Source of the DNA: the human T2T-CHM13v2.0 reference genome, Homo sapiens
Assembly: GCF_009914755.1 (NCBI RefSeq)
Contig: NC_060931.1
Strand: one strand, 5' to 3'
Length of the DNA: 64,000 nucleotides
Below are positions 1 through 55,664 of this stretch, piece by piece. The notes under the pieces were generated by a model. That model was not told the origin of the DNA. It did not search any database and worked only from the letters and a program-made list of their open reading frames with translations. Made by a program: the position numbers and the translations under genes. How positions within the stretch are numbered: the first letter of the stretch is position 1; each line of letters opens with the position of its first letter.

Positions 1-118
1 TCAGCAAAGGTGGCCAATCAAAATCCCACAGTGTGATGCCAGCTACGAAGGAGACGGAAAAAGAGTAACGGGCAGAGGGACACTAGCGTGGGGGCCTCAG
101 GGGACTCTGCTGAGGTGA

Positions 119-965
<847 letters not shown>

Positions 966-1068
966 CAAGATTTGGATTTTTAGCTTACCTACAACAAACA
1001 GCCCAGGAGGAGCTTCGACACAGCAGCTGCTGTGTTGAAAGGAGCAGCAGGGGCCTTGGCGGCAGAGG

Positions 1069-1131
1069 TGGTGGCGGCGGTAGTTATGGGCTTCTCTTTC
1101 TCACCAGCAGCCCCTGGGCCGCCGCCTCCCT
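1069..1131 (+). ncRNA. MIR4467: miR-4467 precursor hairpin in an LRWD1 intron (mature ~1072-1093)
   Basis: TGGCGGCGGTAGTTATGGGCTT matches the recalled mature miR-4467; GGCGGCGG..GGGCT pairs with AGCCC..CCGCCGCC. Confidence 0.8.
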
Positions 1132-1340
1132 CCCTGCCCGTATGTCTGGTCCCTGTGTCTAAGATGCTTCTTCTCTTACCCTCTGCCCAACTGGCTCAGG
1201 CCTGGCCCATGGTTAGCTGCTGGGCCACTCTCCTGGCTCCAGGCTAGCCTCCAAGAGTCAGGTAGCTGCCGGGACACTTCTCCAAGCAGACACTCCCACA
1301 CACTCTCAGCTCTGAACCATGCAGCAGCCATTCCCTCATT

Positions 1341-1462
1341 CCCCCATTCCCCCGTCTTTTGAGTCAGAGCAGATGCCCCCAACAGCCCCCTGGGCCATGG
1401 CCCCCCATTCCCCCGTCTTTTGAGTCAGAGCAGATGCCCCCAACAGCCCCCTGGGCCATGGC
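1341..1462. repeat. Perfect 61-bp tandem duplication (2 copies)
   Basis: 1341-1401 is identical to 1402-1462. Confidence 0.95.
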
Positions 1463-1817
1463 CTGGAAACACCTGCTCTACTTGGCTGCCAGGAGGCCCC
1501 TGTTCATCTCACACTCGGTCCCAGAGGCACTGGCTCGCTTCAGAGCCTTTTCCAACCCCCTGGCCTAGCCCCGTCCTGGAAGAGCCACCCCTCGTGCCTC
1601 TGGGTCACTACTGTGACTCGGGACACTCAGGTGCTGGCTCCCCCTTCCAGGGCAAACTGAACCTTCCTGGGGCCAAGAATGTATCTCTTTGGTGGCATCT
1701 TCTGTGCAGCCTTCACACAGGGCAGGGTCCCCAGCAGGTGCGCTGCAGATGCCTGGGTGAGTGGGCAGCTCTCTATCTGCAAGGAATGGCCAACTAGCAT
1801 CTCGTGCTGCCCCACAG

Positions 1818-1909
1818 GGTGTGTGAAGTGGAATTCGTCTTCTCTGAGGGCTCCGAGGCATCTGGACGGAGAGTGGATGGGCTGGCATTTGTGAATGAGG
1901 ACATCGTGG
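1818..1909 (+). CDS. LRWD1: LRWD1 coding exon (VCEVEF...NEDIV)
   Basis: cccacag|G ... G|gtgagt. Confidence 0.9.
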
Positions 1910-2649
1910 GTGAGTGAGCTCAGCTTGTGGGACAGCCTGGCCTCCGGGCACACAGATGGACCGCTTGTCCCTGGGCTAGGCTTCTGAGGATCTCTAGTGG
2001 GAGAAGGTGTCTGGGAGGGGCCACCCTGCACAGCTCTCCCTTCTCCCCCACAGCCTCCAAGGGGAGCGGCCTGGGCACCATCTGCCTGTGGAGCTGGAGG
2101 CAGACGTGGGGGGGCCGGGGCAGCCAGTCCACGGTGGCAGTGGTGGTCCTGGCGCGGCTGCAATGGTCGTCCACCGAGTTGGCCTACTTCTCGCTCAGCG
2201 CCTGCCCTGGTGAGCCTGCCCCCCTGCCCGCCCCATCCCGCGGGCCTCCGGGAGCTCTGCCCCCACTCAGACTCCACCTCTGTCCCGGCAGATAAGGGGA
2301 TTGTGCTCTGTGGGGATGAGGAGGGCAACGTGTGGCTCTACGACGTCAGCAACATCCTGAAGCAGCCACCCCTGCTGCCGGCAGCCCTGCAGGCCCCCAC
2401 ACAGGTACTGCCCGGCTCACCCTGCCCAGGCTTGGGCTGGCAAGGCATCAGGGGCCCTGCCTTTGGTCAGCAGGAGCCCAGCCCAGCCCTCCCCTCTCTC
2501 CCCACCAGATCCTGAAGTGGCCCCAGCCCTGGGCCCTTGGCCAGGTGGTGACCAAGACCATGGTGAACACAGTGGTGGCCAATGCCTCCTTCACCTACCT
2601 CACCGCCCTGACGGACTCCAACATCGTAGCCATCTGGGGGAGGATGTAG
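1818..2649 (+). CDS. LRWD1: LRWD1/ORCA C-terminal WD40 region, last four coding exons (gene begins upstream of the window)
   Basis: Spliced translation (R)VCEVEFVFSEGSEASGRRVDGLAFVNEDIVASKGSGLGTICLWSW...DKGIVLCGDEEGNVWLYDV...ILKWPQPWALGQVVTKTMVNTVVANASFTYLTALTDSNIVAIWGRM*; GT-AG introns with consistent phases. Confidence 0.95.
2054..2209 (+). CDS. LRWD1: LRWD1 coding exon (SKGSGLG...LSACP)
   Basis: ccccacag|CC ... G|gtgagc. Confidence 0.93.
2292..2404 (+). CDS. LRWD1: LRWD1 coding exon (KGIVLCG...APTQ)
   Basis: ggcag|AT ... CAG|gtactg. Confidence 0.93.
2509..2649 (+). CDS. LRWD1: LRWD1 terminal coding exon (ILKWPQ...IWGRM*)
   Basis: ccaccag|ATC; TAG stop at 2647-2649. Confidence 0.94.
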   Translation: MLKWPQPWALGQVVTKTMVNTVVANASFTYLTALTDSNIVAIWGRM

Positions 2650-2740
2650 CCTCACACCATCGCAAAGGACCAGGGACACAGCTAACTAACTTATTCAGCT
2701 TTGGGCCGATGGGGGTGGGGGGGGTCTTTCAGTGAATATT

Positions 2741-2746
2741 TTTATT
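2741..2746 (-). terminator. POLR2J distal poly(A) signal AATAAA
   Basis: tttatt on the + strand, overlapping the LRWD1 signal. Confidence 0.6.
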
Positions 2747-2749
2747 AAA
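2744..2749 (+). terminator. LRWD1 poly(A) signal ATTAAA
   Basis: ~95 nt after the LRWD1 stop, with GU-rich sequence downstream. Confidence 0.75.
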
Positions 2750-3070
2750 CTCTACTGTGGACAAGAAGCCTGTGGAAAGGTGTTTCGAGTTATGCAGGAA
2801 GAAGTGTTCCTGCTTTGACTGACAGGCAGGCCCAGGAGTTGAGGCTTCTAGAGCAGAGACTCTTGGGAGCTCATGGGTTTGCACACTTCTCTCCGGCTGA
2901 GCACAGCCCCCGCAGCAGCCCCTGGACCCCGGATCTTTGGTCCAGAATGAATTCATCCCTGCCAGCCGGACGCCCCTGAAACAGGTCATCTGTCTGCATC
3001 AAGCCTGACAATCCATTTGCTTGCGAAGTCACCGCTGCTCAAGTCCACATCCAGGTCTCTTCCGCTATAC

Positions 3071-3076
3071 TTTATT
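3071..3076 (-). terminator. POLR2J proximal poly(A) signal AATAAA
   Basis: tttatt ~170 nt past the POLR2J stop. Confidence 0.7.
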
Positions 3077-3247
3077 AGGAATATAAAACCTAATCTATGT
3101 ACAGGACACGTCGGTGTCAGGGTGAGGGGTGGCCACAAGGCGGGCCATGGCTGGGACTGGCCGCTCTCCTCGGTGTGGTACCTGGAGCGGAGGGTCAGGC
3201 ACAGGTAGGAACGGGGCTCACAGGCCGAGCAGAGCCCCCTCTGGCCC

Positions 3248-8469
<5,222 letters not shown>

Positions 8470-9440
8470 GCTCCCGCCGCCGTTGCGTCCAGACCCCAAG
8501 GGTCCGCCGCCGCCGCCACCAGAGCCCTAATAAGAGGCCTCTTCCGGATTACTCCGGCGGGGCAAACCCGCGCAAGGATCGGCTCATCGCCCCCTGTTGG
8601 GCTGGAGGATCTTGCGCAGGCGCGAGAAAACCCCGAGAGAGACCAGTGCCTCTGCGCATGCGTCAGTGGCGAGCGCACCGCCCCCCCCCCCCCCCCCCAC
8701 CCCGCACCCCGCCCCCCGGCATGGCTTTCGCCGTGGGCGCTTTTCGGCGCATGCTCAGAGCGCCGGCAGGGCTGTTCTGCCCCTACAGAGGCCTCCTAGT
8801 CCTGGCTGAGCGGGAACCTCAAGCTGTACCTTTCTCCTTTCCCCATGTCCCTTGATCTCTCTTTGGAAACGTGCACCCCCTTGGAGTGCGCAGCAGGAGG
8901 CCCCTGAATAGAGAGAATAAAGCTAAGGGGTAGTGGACAGCTGCGGCTAGCAGCCGTAGGGGGAGCAGAAGATCTCGTGGCCAGAGGCAGATCTATGACA
9001 AGCCCCCTGCCCAGGCTGCCTATACCGACTGCTGCAGGACCTCTGCCTGGGGGGTGCAGCTGGCTTGTTAGCCGGGAGGGACAATTGGGTGAGGGATGCA
9101 GAAGGAGGCAGGTGTATACAGCAGTGAGAGGGGAGCCCGTAGGGTTACGTATATCTTTTTATATATTATTATTATTATTTAGAGACAGCGTCTCCCTCTG
9201 TCGCCCAGGCTGAAGTACAGTGGCGCCATCATGCAGCCTCCAACTCCTGGGCTCCAGAGATCCTCCTGCCTCAGCCTCCCGATAGTTAGGACTGCAGGCA
9301 TGTGCCATCACACCTAGCTATTTTTTTTATTTTTGGAGATGGTGGGGGGGGGGGGGTCTCCCTATGTTGCCCAGGCTGGTATTGAACTCCTGGCCTCCAG
9401 CAGTCCTCCAGCCTCAGCCTCCCAAAGTGCACTTGGTGGA

Positions 9441-9869
9441 TGTGGGCAGCAAGCCACCCAGGTGCCGAGGCAAGAGACCGAGGGCACGAGCTGTTCCAGT
9501 ATAATAAAATATATAAAATAAGAATAGTTATACTAGATATAGATCTTAGATATGATTATATATGAATCATTAATCATTAGTTTGTAGTAATTATTCTTTA
9601 TTCCAATATTATAATAATCCTCGCTCTACAATCATAACCTAGGAAACACCAGGCCATACAGAGATAGGAGCTGAGGGGACAGTGAGGAGTGACCAGAAGA
9701 CAAGAGTGCAAGCTTTCTGTTATGCCCGGACAGGGCCACCAGAGGGCTCCTTGGTCTAGCGGTAACGCCAGCATCTGGGAAGACACCTGTTGCCAAGCCC
9801 ACCGTGGTCTAGCTGTAGCGTTAGTGTCAAGGAAAAACACCCGCTACTTAGCAGACCAGGAAAGGGAGT
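9441..9869 (+). mobile_element. ERVK-class LTR 5' fragment (LTR13-like), 3'-truncated
   Basis: Begins TGTGGGCAGCAAGCCACCCAGGTGCCGAGGCAAGAGACC then an AT-rich block, matching the recalled LTR13 start. Confidence 0.7.
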
Positions 9870-10089
9870 GTACAGTGAGATCAGGATGAGGGTGGTGAGG
9901 TGGTGATCAGGGGGACCCATGCTTCTGCTCAGGGGGTTGGCAGAAGCCAGCAAGGCTTGGGGTTTCCCTGTTTGGAGCTCTCCAAGTTGAGGGTGCAGAG
10001 GAGTGTGAGATGCGTGTGAAAATGCAAACTTGTCTCTCCCTGGCTGGAGGCTGGCATTGGGTGAGTCTCTGGTAGGACCAGGCCATGTA

Positions 10090-10830
10090 TACTTTTTAAG
10101 CTTTTTTATTCTTGAAAAGTTCAAAGATATACAAAGATAGACTATGCAGGATAATGAGCCCCCACATACTCCGCATCTCTTGTCTGTAATTATCAGCTCG
10201 TGGCTACCTCTACCTCTCCCCTCTACCTCTTGTCTCATCTCTACCTCTCCCCCTGACCCCTGCCTCTGGGTCATTTTGCAGAAAATCCCAAATGCCTATA
10301 TCATTTATCCTAAATATTCCATAAACATTCCACTATGTAGCTCTGAAAGATAAGGACGCTTACAACACAACTGCAATATCTTTTTTGTTTGTTTGTTTGT
10401 TTTTGTAAAGACGGGGATTTCGCCACATTGCCGAGGCTGGTCTCGAACTCCTGAGCTCAAGCGATTCTCCCACCTCAGCCTGCCAAGTAGCTGGGATTAC
10501 AGGCATGTGCCACTGTGCCCAGCCAAGTGCAGTATCTTATCACACCTTTACAAAATTAATAATTCCAATCATCCTATAGTTGATCAGTGTTCAAATTTCC
10601 AATTGCCTCATAAAAAGATCATTTCTTAACATTTTGTTTTGTTGCAATTGGTTGCTGTAAGTCACCTAAATATCTTCTCTTTTTTATACTTTTTATTGTA
10701 GTAAAATAGGTATAACGTACAATTTGCCATTTTAACCATTTTAAGTGTTTAACTCAGTGGTGTTAATTACATTCACAATGTGTAGCCATCACCACTATTT
10801 AGTTCAAAAATTTCAAGTCTCCTTTATTTT
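10090..10830 (-). mobile_element. L1M-family fragments interleaved with Alu pieces in the RASA4B 3'UTR
   Basis: aatttgccattttaaccattttaagtg..ttacattcacaatg..ccatcaccacta typical of antisense L1M 3' ends. Confidence 0.6.
10105..10110 (-). terminator. Candidate RASA4B poly(A) signal AATAAA (~3.1-kb 3'UTR)
   Basis: tttatt at the end of an L1M-like fragment. Confidence 0.55.
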
Positions 10831-13212
10831 CCCTTTTTTTTTTTTTTTTTTTTTTAATTTTAGGGACTAGGTTTTGCTATGTTGCCCAGGCTGGCCTTAA
10901 ACTCCTGGCCTCAAGGTGATCCTTCTGTCTTGGCCTCCCGAGTAGCTGGGACTAGAGGTGTGCACTGTCACACCCAGCTTCAAGTCTCTTATTATAAAGT
11001 TCTGGCCACGCACAGTGGCTCGCAACTGTAATCTCAGCACTTTCGGAGGCCAAGGCGGTCAGATCACCTGAGGTCAGGAGTTCGAGACCAGTCTGGCCAA
11101 CATGGAGAAACTCCGTCTCTACTAAAAATACAAGAATTAGCTGGGCATGGTGGCACACGCCTTTAGTCCCAGCTACTCGGGAGGCTGAGGCAAGAGAATT
11201 GCTTGAACCTGGGAGGCAGAGGTTGCAGTGAACCAAGATCAAGCCATTTGCACTCCAGCCTGGGCAACACAGTGAGACTCTGTCTCAAAAAAAAAAAAAA
11301 AAAAAACTATAAAGTTCCCCTTCATCTGAAAATTGAATGTGATTTTAAACAACCTATTTGAGCTCTGAGGTAGATGTCTAAGTTCAAAGCCCACTCCTCC
11401 CTTCTGGGGGTCCCAGTTTCGTGATCTCTTCTTCCCTTTCCTTCCTGGTAGCTTAAAAAAATAGAGATAACAGGATAAAGGTGAGGAATGAAGGAATGAA
11501 TGGATGCAGGCAGACGTGAAAACAGCGCCCACCTGGAGAGCTAGAAACATCTGGAGGGCTGGGACCACCTGGAGACGCCCCGTGTCTATGAGCTGCTGTT
11601 GTGAGGAGCCTGGAGCCAGTGGACGCTGGGAGGGAGGAGGCTTTAGAGTGGGGGGCAACCGGGGGAGGAAGGAGGTTGGCTGAGCCAGGTCTGGGGGCCT
11701 CAGGGACTTCTGTGTCCTCATAACCCACAAAAGCCCTGCCCACCCTGCCCCGGGGCGGCCCACAGTAGCAGCGGCTGGTGGTCCCTGCAGCCGGTCAGCC
11801 CCAAGAGCGGGCACAACGTGTGGCCTGGGTACCACAGGGCCAGAAGAGAGGGACAGGGGCCCTGCTCCTGTCACCTGCTGCTTCTGCCACCCCAGGACCA
11901 AGTCATTGGTGTGAGCCGGTGGCCAGACATCACTGCCCCGCAGGCAGTGGGGGCTCCTCTTGGGCTGGGGGCAGGGCTTGGTGGGCAGCCCTATGGGAGG
12001 GGGAGCTGGTGGGGGACCACAGGGACTGACCAAAGAAAGGCAGGCCAGATCCCAGGACAGCAGGGGTTCTAAGTCCCCAAGAGTGGGGACTGGGCCGGAG
12101 TCAAGTTTTGCCAACCATCGGACCAGCCCCGGGCCTCTATGATGAAGGCATCAGAGAAACCCCATGGGGCCAGAAAGGAGCTGGGGCAACGGTGCACCTT
12201 TGGGATCTGGGGTCAGAGGGGGAAGGAGGTGACTGCATGGCAAGGCAAGAGCTGAAGGCCTTCTGGAGAAGGAGGGTCCAGTCCTTGTCCCCACCCTGAT
12301 CCAGGTCACTGTGGACGCAGCTGGGAGCTGAGCCTGGCAGCCCATGTGACACAATGGTGGGGGGATGGGAGCCCCTACGTGGCCAACACTGCCAGCCACA
12401 CAGCTAGAGGGCTTGGGGTAAGGGCTGCGTGAAGAGGAATGGGGTCTCTGAGTCCCGCCTCTGTGCTGTCCTCAGGGACACCCTAGAGAAGGGACTTGCT
12501 TGGGGGCTGCTTTGAGGAGAGAACAGCTGGTTGGACACACTGGGCTCTGTGGCCTGTGGGACATGAAAGAGGGGACCCAGGGACAGCAACTGGGAAGGGA
12601 AAGGAACCCCCGACCCCAGAAGAGTGGGGGGAAGAAAGAGGGGGGAACAGGGATGCCCAGAGCCCATACTGTCAGCCCCATCATCGGCACATCCACCGAC
12701 AGCCTCCGGGGTCCCCCCGGGCCCACTTTCTCCCCAGACCCTCATCACAAGACCCCAGAGCCTGGACAGTAAGAGCAGGTTTACTGTTGGCAACAGCACA
12801 GCCCTGTGGCACCCAAGGGTAGCGGGTGGGGTGGCGGCCGGGTCTCCTGGGGCCCCGTTCTCCCTCCCATTCTCTAGGTCCCTGGAGGCCAGACCCCTGG
12901 GTGTGGCCCATCCTAGCAGTGGTTCTGGCTGGGTCTGTCCTGGGCAGGAGAGGAGGGTCCCTGGAGAGGCAGTGATGGCTACAGCGTCTGTAGGGAGCTG
13001 GGGACACTTCCGGCCAGCCATGACAGGCCCAAGCCTGCTCAGCTCTGCACTTCTGGGGATCCCCTTATTCCTGACTCTCCCCCCTCCCCCACCTGGAAGA
13101 GACCTAGGCCCTGCACCCTAATGAGGAGGACCGGGGTGAGGGGGTGCAGAGTGTCCTGGGGGGGCTCCGAGCGCTTGGCAGGGGACTCAGCAAGGGGAGC
13201 GTAGGGCGGGCC

Positions 13213-48260
<35,048 letters not shown>

Positions 48261-48347
48261 TAATAGTAATGAATATGTAATAATGAATCTGACCTGACTG
48301 GTATCAGTCAGTCTTTATGCCAAAGCAGTTGTAAAATACACATTTGA

Positions 48348-48650
<303 letters not shown>

Positions 48651-49434
48651 TAGCCGTATTTGAATATCTTAACCCATATAAGTCAAACATGCCTAGGGCT
48701 CACAAAAGTTACAGTGCATCCTGGCACAGGAGAGGAGGCAGCTCTTGAGTTTCAGTGCATGCTTTTGATATTCACTATAGGTCAATGTCGTTGAAAGAAA
48801 AAGTGTTTGAGGCTGGGCACAGCGGCTCACGCCTATAATCCCAGCACTTTGGGAGGCTTGAGATGGGAGGATCACTTGAGGCCAGGAGTTCAAGCCCAGC
48901 CAGGGCAACATAATGAGACCCCCCCCCCCTTTGCTACAAAAAATAAAAATATTAGCCAGGCATGGTAGTGTGTGTCTGTAGTTCGAGCTACTCAGAAAGC
49001 CGAGGCAGGAAGATTGCTTGAGCCTAGGAGGGGAGGCTGCAGTGAGGTATGATCGCACCACTGCACTCCAGCGTGGGCGACAGAGCAAAACTCTGTCTCC
49101 AAAAACAAAAACAAAAACGAGGCCAGGCGTGGTGGCTCACACCTGTAATCCCAGCACTTTGGGAGGCCGAGGTGGGTGGATCACCTGCGGTCAGGAGTTC
49201 GAGACCAGCCTGGCCAACATGGCGAAACCCCATATCTACTAAAAATACAAAAATTAGCCGGGCGTGGTGGCAGGCGCCTGTAATCCCAGCTACTCTGGAG
49301 GCTGAGGCAAGAGAATTGCTTGAGAACCCGGGAGGCAGAGGTCGCAGTGAGCCAAGTTCGCACCATCGCACTCTAGCCTGGGTGACAAGAGTGAAACTCA
49401 GTCTCAACAAACAAACAAACAAACAAAAAAAGCA

Positions 49435-49730
49435 AGGAAGGAAATTCTTACACATGCTAAAAGATGGATGAAACTTGAAGACATAATGCTAAGTGAAATG
49501 AGCCAGTTACAAAGAAAGACAAATAGTGGTTGCTTCCACCTATGGGAGGTATCTGGAATAGTACAATTCACAGAAGCAGAAAGGAGAGTAGAAGTTTTCA
49601 GGGGCTGGAGCGGGGCAGGGAAAGCGAGTTGTTTGTTGAGTGTAGGGTTTCAGTATTGCAAGGTGAAAAAGTTCCAGAGATGTGCATATAGTTAATACTA
49701 CTGTGCTGTCCACTTAAAAATAGTGAAGAT
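49435..49730 (+). mobile_element. Old L1M 3'UTR fragment (continues at ~50340-50390 after Alus)
   Basis: atggatgaaacttgaagacataatgctaagtgaaatgagccag...cacttaaaaatagt. Confidence 0.7.
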
Positions 49731-50171
49731 GGGCCAGGGGCGGTGGCTCACGCCTGGAATCCCAGCACTTTGGGAGGCCGAGGTGCGTGGATCGCCTGAG
49801 GTCAGGAGTTTGAGACCAGCCTGGCCAACATGGTGAAACTCTGTCTCTACTATAAATATAAAAATTAGCTGGGCGTGGTGGTGCACGCCTGTAGTCCTAG
49901 CTATTCAGGAGGCTGAGGCAGGGAGAATCGCTTGAACCTGGGAGGTGGAGGTTGCGGTGAGCTGAGATGGCACCACTGTACTCCAGCCTGAGCGACAGAG
50001 AGAGACCTCGTCAAAAAAAAAAAAAGCTTAAGATGGGCTGGGTGCGGTGACTCATGCCTGTAATCCCAGCACTTTGGGAGGCCGAGGCGGGAGGATCACT
50101 TGAGGTCAGTAGTTGGAGACCATCCTGGCCAACATGGTGAAACCCCGTCTCTACTAAAAATACAAAGATTA

Positions 50172-50423
<252 letters not shown>

Positions 50424-51334
50424 CTATATAAAACAATTGAAAAGAATTTTATAACAACTTTCAAAGCGGTTTGGGGGCAAGTAACTCATTTGATTTGCTC
50501 CTGGCCTTGACTTCTCTACCAACATCATGCATTCTTGAGAATCTTAGGATTCTTCCAAAGTGAGAAAATGTGACCTACGAATTGTTTTCATGCGCAGTGA
50601 TGCATTTTGAAATACTAAATTTAACAATGGATGAAACTGACATAAAGTTATATTTAGAAGACATTTCAGTAAACATTTACTATTTTTTAATGTTGCAGTT
50701 TTAATATTTTGGAGCCAAAGCATTTCCCGCTCTTAAACCTCGAGGAGTTTTAGGAGCTGGAGGCCTCACACCTCTCCTGGAAAAAATTGTCCCTGCCCTA
50801 AGGAAGGACTCCTGAGCCACCTTCCGTCCTCACCCATCAGACTCTGACAGTGGCTTCTGGTGGCTGTCCTGCTGTGCCATGGCCCAGAGCCCCCAGAGAG
50901 GACTTTGGGAGGAGGCAGGTCCTGGAAGAATGAGACCGAAGGCATTGCTGGAGGAAGAAGGAGAAGCCCAGAAAACTGGATAGGAGGCAGGAGCAGGGGA
51001 TGAGGAGGAAGTTGGGTGGCAGGTGCAGAGGGTGGCAAGGGCAGCCCTCTCCGAAGGCCAGAGGAGTCCAGCTGTGAACCCGCAAAAGCTGGGCACAGGA
51101 GCCAGGGACACAAGGATCCCTGGCAGGCTCTGGGCCAAGTGACAGCTGTATGTTAAGAAGTCCTGGCCGGGAGCGGTGGCTCATGCCTGTAATCCCAGCA
51201 CTTTGGGAGGCCAAGGCAGGTGGATCACGAGGTCAGGAGTTCAAGACCAGCCCGGCCAAGATGATGAAACCCCGTCTCTACTAAAAATACAAAAATTAAC
51301 CCGAAATGGTATTGCTTGCCTGTAATCCCAGCTA

Positions 51335-51487
<153 letters not shown>

Positions 51488-52178
51488 TCATCAGAGGCCA
51501 GATGGGGCTCTATCCCCAGCTTCCCCCTACCCCACCAATCTTGACACTCCTACTGCACCATTTAGACAGATACCATTGAATAACAGTTTTAAAGCCAAGG
51601 TCCACAGGCTGGGCTTGGTGGCTCAATGCCTGTCATCCCAGCACTTTGGGAGGCCAAGGCAAAGGATCGCTTGAAGCCTGGAGTTCAAGACCAGCCTAGG
51701 CTACATAGCGAGACCCTGCCTTTACGAAAAATAAAAAAGTTAGCCAGGCATGGTGGTGCACACCTGTAGTCCCAGCTACTCGAGAGGCAGAGGTGGGAGG
51801 ATCGCTTGAGCTCAGAGGTCACGGCTGCAGTGAGCTGTGATTGTGCCACTGCACTCCAGCCTGGGTGATAGAGCAAGACCCTGTCTCCAAAAACAAAAAG
51901 CAAAAACCACAAAAAAACGAGGTCCACAGTGAAGATCGCAGGCTCTGGAGCCAGACAATTGAGTTCAAATCCTACCTCCACTGCTATGATAGGAGCTGCT
52001 GTGTGACTGGGCCAGTTATTCAGCCTCTCTGGGCTTCATCTGCCTAATCTGTAGAGTGGGGCAATGGTGGCTGCACCCCGCAGAGTGGCTGGGAACAGAG
52101 TGTGCTGGTGAGCCACTTGGTCACCAGACCGCAGAGGGCACCTCCCTGGGGCAAGCACTCAGGACATCCTCACGTTAA

Positions 52179-52700
<522 letters not shown>

Positions 52701-53017
52701 TGAACCCTTAACTCTGCACCGGCCAGCCTCAACACACCAGGTCCTCACCAAGGACTCCAGGACTAGATGCTGGTGTCCTGTCCACTTCATAGATAAGGAG
52801 CTGCAAAGTCACAATGACAAATTCACCCCCCTCCTAGCACAGCCCCCAGCCCTGCAGATGTCAGAAAGAAAGACCCTGCTCTGAAAGACAGACAGACAGA
52901 CAGACAGAAACAGATGGAGAAACATAGTCAGAGGCAGAGAGACAGGAAATCAGAAAGAGAAAATTCAAGCTCATGCCTGTAATCCCAGCACTTTGGGAGG
53001 CCAAGGCAAGTGGATCA

Positions 53018-53659
<642 letters not shown>

Positions 53660-53743
53660 TCACCTTAGGACGTGCCCTGAGTCCATGGGTATCCCAAAAG
53701 TGAGCAGGGCATGGCTGCCACGAGGGCTTCAGCACTGCAGTAA

Positions 53744-54095
<352 letters not shown>

Positions 54096-55259
54096 TGAGC
54101 CACCATGCCCGGCCAAAATTGTTGTTGTTGTTATTGTTTTTCTTTTTGGAGGGCTGGGCATGATGGCTCATGCCTGTAACCCCAGCTACTCCGGAGGCTG
54201 AGGCACGAGAATCACTTGACCCTGGGAGGTGGAGGTTGCAGTGAGCTGAGATGACAGAGTGCCTGACTGAGCTGAGATGACAGAGTGCCTGAGTGACAGA
54301 GTAAGACTCTGTCTCAAAAAAATAATAATTAAAAAAAAGAAAAGAAAAAGAAAAAAACTTCTAAATTTTTTGTAGAGATGATGTCTCACTGTGTTGCCCA
54401 GGTTGGTCTCCAACTCCTGGACTTGAGCCATCCTCCCACCTTGGCCTCCCAAAGTGCTGGGATTAGAGCTGTGAGCCACTGCATCCCACCTGTACCCTTT
54501 TCTCTGAGGCCTCCTGGAGCTGCAGTCCCTTAATCCCCTCAGCCCCAGCCCCTGTGGGTGAATACTGCTGCCCCCCTCAAAGTGAGAAACTGACACGTAG
54601 CAAGGCAAGTGAAGCCCCAGGAGTGGGTGTTACCTGCCAGCCCAAAGCCGGGAGTCCAGAGTCTTGGGTCCAGATCTCTGCTATAGACTCTGGGAGCAAC
54701 CAAGGACACACTGCTCCCACTGAGACTGGAGATGGTCCCAGGGGGCTTCCTGGAAGAGGCGGCACCTGAGCTGGGCTTGAAGGAGAAGAGCTGGGGCTGG
54801 GAGAAAGAACAGGAGGAAGGGCTGGGAAGTGGGGGAAAGAGTCCAGGTGCAGCTCTGAGGGCACTCCCCGAGCAGAGACGGCCCAGGGCTGGGGGAGACA
54901 ACGTGATTCCAAGGGGACTCTCGCCTCCAGAACCCTGTGCAGGACCTGGCCAGGCCTCTTCTGACTCCACAAGGAGAAAAATGTGTGTGCAAGCGAGGGG
55001 ACTTGGGATGGGGCCAGTGCAGCTGCGGCTGGAACGTAAACCTGTCGTGGCTTCTGGCGCCATGGCCACCCCCAGCCGGGGAAAGGGCCCCGGCTCGGCT
55101 GATGAGAACCAGGAGCCAGGATGGAGCCACAGTGGGGGCATGGGAGGGTGAGGGTGACGGCTCTTGTTTTTCAGCTTGACCCTTGCCCATCCACTACTCC
55201 CCCATCCACTACTCCCACAGATCCTGGGCACTGTGGGTAACTGGAACCCTGGCCTCTAG

Positions 55260-55664
<405 letters not shown>

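Larger units (their letters stand above)
9160..11306. mobile_element. Alus at ~9160-9430 (-), 10380-10525 (-), 10835-10980 (-), 11005-11306 (+)
   Basis: Alu consensus. Confidence 0.88.

Noticed and set aside
11239-13121. Long ORFs (291, 205, 165 aa) in the RASA4B 3'UTR
   Set aside because: GC-rich chance ORFs with no recognisable domain and mostly non-ATG starts.
50596-50643. Possible C/D-box snoRNA (gtgatgc...ctga)
   Set aside because: Imperfect C box, too short, and no terminal stem.
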